DNA of 64,000 nucleotides from Candidatus Micrarchaeaceae archaeon. Its GTDB lineage: Bacteria; Chloroflexota; Dormibacteria; Aeolococcales; Bog-877. The notes beneath the pieces were generated by a model that saw nothing but the letters and a program-made list of their open reading frames with translations, made no database searches and had not been told where the DNA came from. Location: positions 7,003-71,002 of the forward strand of contig DATKSI010000028.1 of the NCBI GenBank assembly GCA_035531715.1, written 5' to 3'. This document shows positions 57,473 through 64,000 of the stretch, piece by piece. Every line of letters begins with the position of its first letter. Position 1 is the stretch's first letter. The position numbers and the translations under genes were made by a program.

Positions 57473-57496
57473 GGGTTGGTATCAGGGTTGGTATCA
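57473..57496. repeat. Perfect tandem duplication of a 12-mer (GGGTTGGTATCA x2)
   Basis: Read directly from the sequence at 57473-57484 and 57485-57496, between the tRNA-like element and tRNA-Ser. Confidence 0.7.
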
Positions 57497-57553
57497 AAAC
57501 CGCAAATCGGGCGTCGACGGCACAGCTTGGTCAGCCGCAGTTTGATCTCAAAA

Positions 57554-57643
57554 TGGCGGAGGGAGAGGGATTCGAACCCCCGAGGACCTTGCAGCCCCAG
57601 CGGTTTTCAAGACCGCCGCATTCAACCGCTCTGCCATCCCTCC
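57554..57643 (-). tRNA. tRNA-Ser (anticodon UGA), class II with long variable arm, CCA encoded
   Basis: The reverse strand reads GGAGGGATGGCAGAGCGGTTGAATGCGGCGGTCTTGAAAACCGCTGGGGCTGCAAGGTCCTCGGGGGTTCGAATCCCTCTCCCTCCGCCA. The acceptor stem GGAGGGA/TCCCTCC is a perfect 7 bp, and the anticodon stem-loop is GCGGT-CTTGAAA-ACCGC. Confidence 0.9.
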
Positions 57644-57724
57644 GAGCCGTGTCGAGCAGAGATTCTCCCCAATTTAGAGCCCCGGGTCGCGAGGAAGTAC
57701 CTCTCTCCCCATCGTGCGTATGTC

Positions 57725-57967
57725 CTACGACGCGCTCGGCGTCACCACCAGGTGCCCGTCCCGGACCTCCATCACCAGCACAATCACATCCTTGGCGATC
57801 GGGTCGCCGACGGCGCTGAGCGCGGGCCACTCCTCCCCGCGGGCCCTGACCGAGCCCAGGTGGATCATGCCCGGAATCGCGACCGAAACCACGGCCTCTT
57901 CTCCGACCAAGCGCTCGATTCCGTTGATCACGGGAGGGCTCCGGGGTCCCCCGAGCGCATCACGCAA
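57725..57967 (-). CDS. NfeD-like C-terminal OB-fold domain protein (no membrane segment)
   Basis: 80 aa: LVGEEAVVSVAIPGMIHLGSVRARGEEWPALSAVGDPIAKDVIVLVMEVRDGHLVV fits the NfeD OB-domain pattern. It starts 8 nt after the SPFH gene. Confidence 0.55.
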   Translation of the reverse strand: MRDALGGPRSPPVINGIERLVGEEAVVSVAIPGMIHLGSVRARGEEWPALSAVGDPIAKDVIVLVMEVRDGHLVVTPSAS

Positions 57968-57975
57968 GAGTCCAC

Positions 57976-59025
57976 CTAACGCTTGGGAGCTCGTCTGCCC
58001 CCGTTGGGCAGAGGTCGGGCAGGCGCTGCCGGGGTCACCGGATCCGGCGATGGCCGGCTCGCGCTAGGGACCACGGCAGCCACCGAGCCGTTGTCCGACT
58101 CGGTCGCCATCACGAGCGCCTTGGCGGCACCCATCAGGCCGGCGAAGTCCGCCGGCACCACCAGCTTGGAGTTCGGGCTGTCGGCCAGCGTCGCCAGGTT
58201 CTTCAGCTGCCAGAACGCCAGCACATCGGGCGTGGCCTTGCCCTGGTGGATGGCTTCGAATACAGCCCCGATCGCCGAAGCCTCCCCCAGCGCATCCAGC
58301 TTCTGAGCCTCCTGATTTCCCTCGGCCTCCAGGATCTGAGCCTGCTTTCGTCCTTCCGCGGCGAGGACGGTCGCCTGCCGCTGGGCGGTGGCCCGGGTGA
58401 TATTGGCCTGGGCCTCGCCCTCCGCCTGATTGATGGCCGCCTGCTTGTCGCCCTCGGACTGCAGGATGACCGAGCGCTTGTGCTGATCGGCCTCCTTCTG
58501 TTCCTCCATCGCCCGGAGAATGTTGGTGGGCGGGATGATATCCAGGACCTCGATCCGATTGACCCTCACCCCCCACTTCTCGGTCGCATCGGCGATATGG
58601 GCCGCCAGGTCGGCGTTGATCCGCTGGCGTTCCGAGAGGGCCTCGTCCAGGCTCATGGTGCCGAACACCGCGCGCAGCGCGGTGCGGCTTATCTGATCGA
58701 TCGCCACCTGATAGTCCTGCACTTCGAAGAGCGCCTTGTTGACGTCGATCACCTGGTGGAAGATCGTGGCGCTCACCCCCACCGCGACGTTGTCCTTGGT
58801 GATCACATCCTGCTTGTCACCGCGCCGAGGAACCTCGCGCATGTCCACCCGGATCATGCTGTCCAAGATCGGGAGCATGAAAACCAGCCCCGGATTATGG
58901 GTGACGTGGAAACGGCCCAGTCGCTTGACCACCCCTTTCTGCCCCTGCTGGACCACCCGGACCGTGGACCGACTCAGCCCCAGAGCCAGGACCACGATCA
59001 CGATCAAGGCGATCAGGAGTCCCAC
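57976..59025 (-). CDS. SPFH/band-7 (stomatin/prohibitin-like) membrane protein
   Basis: An N-terminal TM helix is followed by VVQQGQKGVVKRLGRF...FMLPILDSMIRVDMRE...TKDNVAVGVSATIFHQV and coiled-coil EA-rich repeats. Confidence 0.9.
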   Translation of the reverse strand: MGLLIALIVIVVLALGLSRSTVRVVQQGQKGVVKRLGRFHVTHNPGLVFMLPILDSMIRVDMREVPRRGDKQDVITKDNVAVGVSATIFHQVIDVNKALFEVQDYQVAIDQISRTALRAVFGTMSLDEALSERQRINADLAAHIADATEKWGVRVNRIEVLDIIPPTNILRAMEEQKEADQHKRSVILQSEGDKQAAINQAEGEAQANITRATAQRQATVLAAEGRKQAQILEAEGNQEAQKLDALGEASAIGAVFEAIHQGKATPDVLAFWQLKNLATLADSPNSKLVVPADFAGLMGAAKALVMATESDNGSVAAVVPSASRPSPDPVTPAAPARPLPNGGRRAPKR

Positions 59026-59187
59026 GCTGGGTCACGGTAGCAGACCGGCTGGCGAAGGGTTCTCTGGGACCGGGGACGACCCTCATCCTGCCGCGCCATC
59101 GGGGGGACGGTTCAGCCCTTCGATCCGCTCCGCTGGTCCAGCGATCTCGCCCGAGACCAGTTCCGGACCGCGGCGATTACCGCCGGT

Positions 59188-60441
59188 TCAGGAGAGCTCG
59201 GTCGTCTGCCCGAGGTAGGGCCCCAGGGACTCCGGAATGGCGACCGTGCCACGTTCGGTCTGGTAGGTCTCCAAGAGGCAGTCAAATGTCCTCGGCAGCG
59301 CCAGGGCGCTCCCATTGAGGGTGTGCACAAACTCTGCCTTGCCCCGGTCGGAGCGGAATCGAATGCCCGCTCGGCGGGCCTGGAAGTCCCCAAACACCGA
59401 GCAGGACGAAACCTCTAGAAAGCGGTTCAGCCCGGGCGCCCAGGCGTCAATGTCGTACTTCTTCCACTGGGCGAATCCCATGTCGCCGGCGCACATCAGG
59501 CGCACCCGGTAGTGCAAACCGAGCGCCTGCAGGACCGCCTCAGCGTCGGCGACCAGCCGCTCCAGTTCCTCCAGGGAGGTTTCTGGTCGGACGAACTTCA
59601 CCAACTCCACCTTGGAGAACTGGTGCAGGCGGATGTAACCCCGGGTGTCCTTGCCAGGTGCGCCCGCCTCGCTCCGCCAGCAGGGAGTCCAGGCGACGAG
59701 GCGAATCGGCAGCTGCTCTAGGGGAAGGATCTCCTCCCGGTACAGGTTGGTGAGTGGGACCTCGGCGGTCGGGATGAGGAACCGATCGCCCTCGACCACA
59801 TGGAAGGCGTCCTCCTCGAACTTGGGCAGGTTGCCGGTACCCACCATGCACTCCCGGCTGACCAGGTAAGGGGGTGAGACCTCGGTGTAGCCGTGGTCCC
59901 GGGTCGCCAGGTCCAGCATGAATTGGGCCAGCCCTCGCTCCAACCGGGCGCCGGCCCCGCGGAGCAGGGCGAATCGACTCCCCGAGATCTTGACCGCCCG
60001 CTCGAAGTCGAAGATCCCCAGCGCCTCGCCGAGTTCGTAGTGCGTCTTGGGTGGGAATTCGAATCGGGGTGGCTCGCCCCAGGTCCGCACCACCACGTTG
60101 TCGTCGTCCGAGGTTCCCGCCGGTACCGACTCGTGAGGCAAGTTGGGGACCAGCAGGAGCAACTCGTTGAGCTGATCCTGAATCAGCCGGCGCTCCTCCT
60201 GCAGCTTTTGGATTTTCCCCTTGAGCTGGCCGAGTTCGCGGCGCACCGAGGCCAGCTGTGCTTGGGCCAGGCTGCCCGAGCGGGCATTCATCTCACCGCG
60301 CGCCGCCTCCTCCGCCGCCAGGAGCCGGCGGTGCTGCCGGTCCAGCTCCAGGATCTGCTCGATCGGAGCCGTCTCACCCTTGCGGTCGGCGCCCTGGCGG
60401 ACCAACTCGGGGTGCTCCCGGATGAAGTTGAGGGCGAGCAT
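59188..60441 (-). CDS. serS: Seryl-tRNA synthetase
   Basis: The N-terminal coiled-coil begins [14 protein letters not shown]. Class II motifs include [21 protein letters not shown] and TLNGSALA. Confidence 0.95.
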   Translation of the reverse strand: MLALNFIREHPELVRQGADRKGETAPIEQILELDRQHRRLLAAEEAARGEMNARSGSLAQAQLASVRRELGQLKGKIQKLQEERRLIQDQLNELLLLVPNLPHESVPAGTSDDDNVVVRTWGEPPRFEFPPKTHYELGEALGIFDFERAVKISGSRFALLRGAGARLERGLAQFMLDLATRDHGYTEVSPPYLVSRECMVGTGNLPKFEEDAFHVVEGDRFLIPTAEVPLTNLYREEILPLEQLPIRLVAWTPCWRSEAGAPGKDTRGYIRLHQFSKVELVKFVRPETSLEELERLVADAEAVLQALGLHYRVRLMCAGDMGFAQWKKYDIDAWAPGLNRFLEVSSCSVFGDFQARRAGIRFRSDRGKAEFVHTLNGSALALPRTFDCLLETYQTERGTVAIPESLGPYLGQTTELS

Positions 60442-60450
60442 CCCTACAGG

Positions 60451-61992
60451 TTAGGCGGAAGACGCCGGGGGAGCGCCCGGATCGGCCTGGCCGTCACCGG
60501 AGAGCTGCGGCCGCAGGGTTGGGAAGAGCACCACATCGCGGATGCTCTTGGCGCCAGTGACCAGCATCACCAGTCGGTCCACGCCCATCCCGATTCCACC
60601 CGCCGGGGGCATCCCGTGCTCCAAGGCCTCGATGAAGTCCTCGTCGAATGGCTGCGAGTCGAAGTCGCCGGCCCCGCGGAGCCGGGCCTGCTCCTCGAGC
60701 CGCCTCCGTTGATCCAGGGGATCATTTAGCTCCGAGAAGGCATTGGCCAGTTCCCGGCCGGCGACCACCAGCTCGAAGCGCTCGACGAAGCGAGGATCGG
60801 AGCTCAGCCGGGCCAGCGGTGAGACTTCCACCGGGTAGTCGGTGACAAAGACCGGTCCCCGCAGGTTGGGCTCCACCAGCTGCTCGTAGACGGCGTACAG
60901 GACTTTGCCGGAGGACTCCCCCGCGGCGACTCCGACGTTGAGTCGCCGCGCCTCCTCCACCATCCGCTCCGGCGTGTCCCAGAGGGCGTCCAGGTCGAGT
61001 GCGGTCAGTTCATGAACCAGCTCCGCCATCGATTTGGCGGGGAATGGGGGGTCGAGGGTGATCGCCCCCTGCTCAGTTTCCAGCTCTCCGTCTTTGGGGG
61101 CCGCCGCTACCGCCGCCAGAACCAGCTCCTGGCAGAGCTCCTTCATCGACTCCAGGTTGCCGTAAGCCTGGTAGGCCTCGAGCATGGTGAACTCGGGATT
61201 GTGCCGGGGCGAGAGCCCCTCGTTGCGAAAGGTCCGAGCCAGCTCGTAGACCCGCTCAAAGCCGCCGACCAAAAGCCGTTTCAGGTAGAGCTCGAGCGCG
61301 ATTCGCAAATAGAGATCGGTGTCCAGAGAGTGATGGTGGGTGCGAAAAGGACGCGCCTGGCCGCCCCCCGGGATCGGTTGTAGGACGGGAGTTTCCACCT
61401 CGAGGAATCCGCGCTGGTCGAGGACTCGGCGAAGCGCCCGGACGATCTCGCTGCGCTGGCGGAAGATCTCTCGGTGGGAAGGGTCGGAAAGCAGGTCGAG
61501 GTAGCGGCGCCGGTAGCGCTGCTCGACATCGACGAAGCCGCGCCCTTTGCCCACGGGAGGCCTCAGCGCCTTGGCCACCAGGGTGACCCGCTCCACCCTC
61601 AACGATGGCTCGCCCCGCTTGCTCCGGGTGAGGTTCCCCTCGGCCCCCACGATGTCACCGAGGTCGAGCTGTTCTAGATCGCCGACCCGATCTCCCCCAG
61701 GGTCGTCGCGGCTGGCCATCAGCTGCAGGGTGCCGCTCTGGTCATTGCAATCGGCGAAGGCGATGCCGCCGGACGAGCGCAGTCCGAGAATCCGCCCGGC
61801 CACGCGGACGTGATCGCCGTCCTGACCGGGCTCGGATGGCGCTCGCTGGTGCGCCTCGGCACAGCTGGCAGTCGGGAAGAAGTCGACCCCCCAGCTCGGA
61901 GTGCCTGCCTGGCGCAATTGCTCGGCCTTGCGTTGTCGCTCGGCGATGATCTCAGCGAGAGCCTTACCGCCTGGGGGCGGCAGCTGGGTCAC
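60451..61992 (-). CDS. lysS: Lysyl-tRNA synthetase, class II
   Basis: RYLDLL, FLEVETPVLQPIPGGGQARPF, YLRIALELYLKRLLVGGFERVYELARTFRNEG and GGIGMGVDRLVM are all present. Confidence 0.95.
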   Translation of the reverse strand: MTQLPPPGGKALAEIIAERQRKAEQLRQAGTPSWGVDFFPTASCAEAHQRAPSEPGQDGDHVRVAGRILGLRSSGGIAFADCNDQSGTLQLMASRDDPGGDRVGDLEQLDLGDIVGAEGNLTRSKRGEPSLRVERVTLVAKALRPPVGKGRGFVDVEQRYRRRYLDLLSDPSHREIFRQRSEIVRALRRVLDQRGFLEVETPVLQPIPGGGQARPFRTHHHSLDTDLYLRIALELYLKRLLVGGFERVYELARTFRNEGLSPRHNPEFTMLEAYQAYGNLESMKELCQELVLAAVAAAPKDGELETEQGAITLDPPFPAKSMAELVHELTALDLDALWDTPERMVEEARRLNVGVAAGESSGKVLYAVYEQLVEPNLRGPVFVTDYPVEVSPLARLSSDPRFVERFELVVAGRELANAFSELNDPLDQRRRLEEQARLRGAGDFDSQPFDEDFIEALEHGMPPAGGIGMGVDRLVMLVTGAKSIRDVVLFPTLRPQLSGDGQADPGAPPASSA

Positions 61993-62456
61993 GCCACCTT
62001 GAGGATCTGGACCTGGCGAGCCCCGCCGGGCGTCTCCACGTTGATCTTTTCCCCGGAGCGGCGGCCCAGCAGGGCCTTGCCCACAGGAGACTCCAGCGAG
62101 ATGCGCCCGGAGGCAGCATCGGCCTCGGCCGGTCCGACGATGGTATAGGTCATCTCGCCGAACTCGTCCTTGACCTTGACCGACGAGCCGAGCTGGACGG
62201 AGCCGTCCTTGTGGTCGTCGGTCTCAATCAGACTGGCGTTGCGGATCATCTGCTCCAGGGTTAGGATGCGACCCTCCACGAAACCCTGTTCGTTCTTGGC
62301 GTCCTCGTACTCGGCATTCTCGCTGAGATCGCCGAATTCCTTGGCGGTTTTGATCCGCTGGGCGATCTCCTGACGGCGCTCGTTGACCAGGTGGTTGAGT
62401 TCCTCGCGCAGCTTGTCAAGACCAGTTTGGGTAAGGAGTACCGGCTTCTCCTGCAT
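61989..62456 (-). CDS. greA: Transcription elongation factor GreA
   Basis: LTQTGLDKLREELNHL...AKEFGDLSENAEYEDAKNEQGFVEGRI is the GreA signature. It has a 4-nt overlap with the lysS start. Confidence 0.95.
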   Translation of the reverse strand: MQEKPVLLTQTGLDKLREELNHLVNERRQEIAQRIKTAKEFGDLSENAEYEDAKNEQGFVEGRILTLEQMIRNASLIETDDHKDGSVQLGSSVKVKDEFGEMTYTIVGPAEADAASGRISLESPVGKALLGRRSGEKINVETPGGARQVQILKVA

Positions 62457-62806
62457 TTCTTCTCACTTGCTCCTAGCCGGCCTAAGCCGACGCGACTTCC
62501 GAAGCCCGCGCCGATAGCGCGCGGCGGCGGGCCGGGGAAGCGAAGTCTACCGAACAGATGCCCTCTGGGCAAGCCCGCTAATTGCCAAGGCCCAAATCGT
62601 GCTCCCGGCGATCACTCGCTGACCGGGGGAGCACCCCCCTCTCCCGGACCGCCCGATACCGCAAGGGCAATCGGTTTCCGGCTCCTCCACACTCCCGTGT
62701 TGGTTCCTTCACCACTTCGGAATTTGCCCGCTCATAGGTTCGGTGCTAGGCTGATTCCAGCCCAACGAGAAGATCGCTGGGCTTCCAATGTCGCCCCCCC
62801 CTCTCG

Positions 62807-62836
62807 GGGCGTCCCTTTCGGGGGGCGCCCTTTTTT
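62807..62836 (+). terminator. Rho-independent terminator oriented for the + strand
   Basis: GGGCGTCCC (62807-62815) pairs with GGGGCGCCC (62822-62830), giving 9 bp with one G:U and a 6-nt loop. T6 follows at 62831-62836. On the - strand the same hairpin is followed by GAGAGG, so there is no U-tract. Confidence 0.55.
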
Positions 62837-62847
62837 GTTAAGCCAGT

Positions 62848-63618
62848 TCAGTCGTGGCCGCGGTTGAGCAACTCCAGGACGCGCAACCCCTCCAAGAGCA
62901 CCAGCGGATCGATCACGTCCACCCCCTTCACCAGTGGAGCCACCAAGGCGGCCAGACCACCGGTCGCCACCACCTTCGGCTCGCCCGGGACCTCGAGGCG
63001 GATGCGAGCGATCATTCCCTCCGCCTGCGCCGCCGCGCCGTACATGATCCCCGCCTGCATCGAGGTCACGGTGGTCCGGCCCAAGGTCTTCACCGGAGCG
63101 ACCAGGTCCACCCGCGGCAGCCGGGCCGCCCGGGCGAAGAGGGCGTCCACCGAGAGCTGCAGCCCGGGAGCGATGGCGCCCCCCAAGTAGCTGCCGTTCT
63201 CGTCGATGGCATCGAAGACGGTGGCGGTTCCGAAGCTGACCATGATCGCGGGACCTCGATAGCGGTGGTGGACCCCAACCGCGGTCACGATCCGGTCCGC
63301 CCCGACATCCCGGGCCGGGTCGTAGTGAATCTCCATCCCGGTTCTGGTCCCCGGGCCGACCAGGAGCGGCTCCAGGTGAAAGTAGCTACCGGCCATCTCC
63401 GCCAGGGGCTGGTTGAGACTGGGGACCACGCTGCTGACAGCGATGGCTTTGACCTCGGTGGACAGGCCCCGCTGGCTGAGAAAGGTGAGCAGCTGGCCGC
63501 CCAGTTCGTCGGATGTCGCGTCGCGCCTGGTGGTAAACCGCCCGTGGGTGCGCAGCTCCTCGCCGACGAAGAGGCCGACCGTCAGGTTGGAGTTCCCCAC
63601 GTCGATGGCCAGCAGCAA
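62848..63618 (-). CDS. coaX: Type III pantothenate kinase
   Basis: MLLAIDVGNSNLTVGLF and the later FGTATVFD and IATGGLA-like motifs match the ASKHA fold of CoaX. Confidence 0.9.
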   Translation of the reverse strand: MLLAIDVGNSNLTVGLFVGEELRTHGRFTTRRDATSDELGGQLLTFLSQRGLSTEVKAIAVSSVVPSLNQPLAEMAGSYFHLEPLLVGPGTRTGMEIHYDPARDVGADRIVTAVGVHHRYRGPAIMVSFGTATVFDAIDENGSYLGGAIAPGLQLSVDALFARAARLPRVDLVAPVKTLGRTTVTSMQAGIMYGAAAQAEGMIARIRLEVPGEPKVVATGGLAALVAPLVKGVDVIDPLVLLEGLRVLELLNRGHD

Positions 63619-63722
63619 CCTTTATCCTCCCCGTCCGTTTGGGCCGTTCCCGAGTGCCGACGACTATATCGGTGCGGCCGAGGGACCCGGCCCGGTCCGT
63701 CCCGGGATGAGACCATCTTCCG

Positions 63723-63890
63723 ATGCGGCGGGTCTACCGGCACCACTACCACCCTCGACGCTTGCCTCCCCGTGCCCGGATTCCCGGTTTCTGCTGCGGG
63801 CTGCCGCTGATGGGCTGCTGTCTGGTCTGGGCGGTTTTCTGGCTGGTGCTGCTGGTGAGCATCCTCTCCGTGCTGGGTCACCTCATCTAG
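63723..63890 (+). CDS. Candidate 55-aa small membrane protein (His/Arg-rich N-terminus, Cys-rich, one TM helix)
   Basis: This ORF is below the ORF-track size cutoff and was translated manually as MRRVYRHHYHPRRLPPRARIPGFCCGLPLMGCCLVWAVFWLVLLVSILSVLGHLI*. Third-position GC is very high across the TM part. The opposite-strand ORF (63582-63950) reads as a Gln-rich shadow. Confidence 0.3.
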   Translation: MRRVYRHHYHPRRLPPRARIPGFCCGLPLMGCCLVWAVFWLVLLVSILSVLGHLI

Positions 63891-64000
63891 AAGCGCCCGG
63901 GCGCGACCCTTGCCCACTTCGGCGATCATGGAGGCCCGGCCCCCGTCCAAAACCCATCTCGCGACCAGTTCTGGAGGCAGACCCCAGCGTGACCCTGAGC

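Noticed and set aside
52776-57643. The hypothesis that the lower-GC patch, the two signalling genes, the broken sensor and the tRNA locus form an integrated genomic island.
   Set aside because: I found no integrase, transposase or phage genes, and no second copy of the tRNA 3' sequence in the window. The GGDEF-EAL gene has native-like GC and codon usage. The evidence supports only local decay near a tRNA.
62613-62811. Naming the C-rich-loop hairpins as the actinobacterial 6C RNA.
   Set aside because: The two C-rich loops are about 170 nt apart, whereas 6C, as I recall it, has two adjacent hairpins in under 100 nt. Identity cannot be asserted without a covariance-model hit, so it is reported only as a generic sRNA candidate.
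63891-64000. A possible partial gene at the window end. Several short open frames occur on both strands.
   Set aside because: At 110 nt it is too short, no frame shows a recognisable motif, and GC3 is ambiguous.
1-64000. A scan for CRISPR arrays, rRNA, IS elements or transposases, and long direct or inverted repeats.
   Set aside because: I saw no regularly spaced repeats or transposase/integrase-like ORFs. The only exact repeat noted is the 12-mer duplication at 57473-57496. An eye scan cannot exclude dispersed short repeats; a self-dot-plot would.

Overview
This is a high-GC (roughly 68-70% by eye) bacterial chromosomal segment. It is probably from an actinobacterium-like lineage. That is an inference from the ClpS-DUF2017 pair, a PrmC-related methyltransferase, F420-type enzymes and the coaX-lysS neighbourhood. 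About 60 genes are densely packed, with many 1-4 nt start/stop overlaps.

Main blocks, in order:
- Partial lon.
- A hopanoid biosynthesis locus: ispH, polyprenyl synthase, shc and hpnC/D/E on the + strand, facing a response regulator-hpnA-hpnG(fusion) operon on the - strand.
- A Rieske/DUF2231 protein.
- A small DUF protein, two tandem-YbjQ proteins and an HDAC-like deacetylase in one operon.
- MscS, an MBL hydrolase and an aldehyde dehydrogenase.
- Two c-di-GMP turnover proteins.
- Two ABC importers: one iron(III)/thiamine-type, and one molybdate/tungstate-type with an XRE-HTH/PBP regulator.
- A glgP / unknown PNP-fold protein / pterin carbinolamine dehydratase operon.
- pepP, DUF2017-clpS, a sulfocyanin-like cupredoxin and a quinone oxidoreductase.
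- AIM24, PP2C, a Ddn-like enzyme, an LLM-UbiA fusion and a CPBP protease.
- tRNA-Ser next to a degenerate tRNA-like element.
- SPFH plus an NfeD-OB protein.
- serS-lysS-greA and coaX.

I recognised no CRISPR array, rRNA, transposase or integrase, and no clear defence system.

The most unusual items are:
- Two domain fusions: a CruF-like membrane domain fused to HpnG, and LLM fused to UbiA.
- An uncharacterised 573-aa PNP-fold protein.
- The YbjQ operon.
- A + strand intrinsic terminator in the greA-coaX spacer, suggesting an unannotated sRNA.
- A decayed patch around a pseudo-tRNA.

Many long ORFs in the supplied track are antisense shadows typical of high-GC DNA and are not called. All family assignments come from reading motifs by eye; no searches were run.
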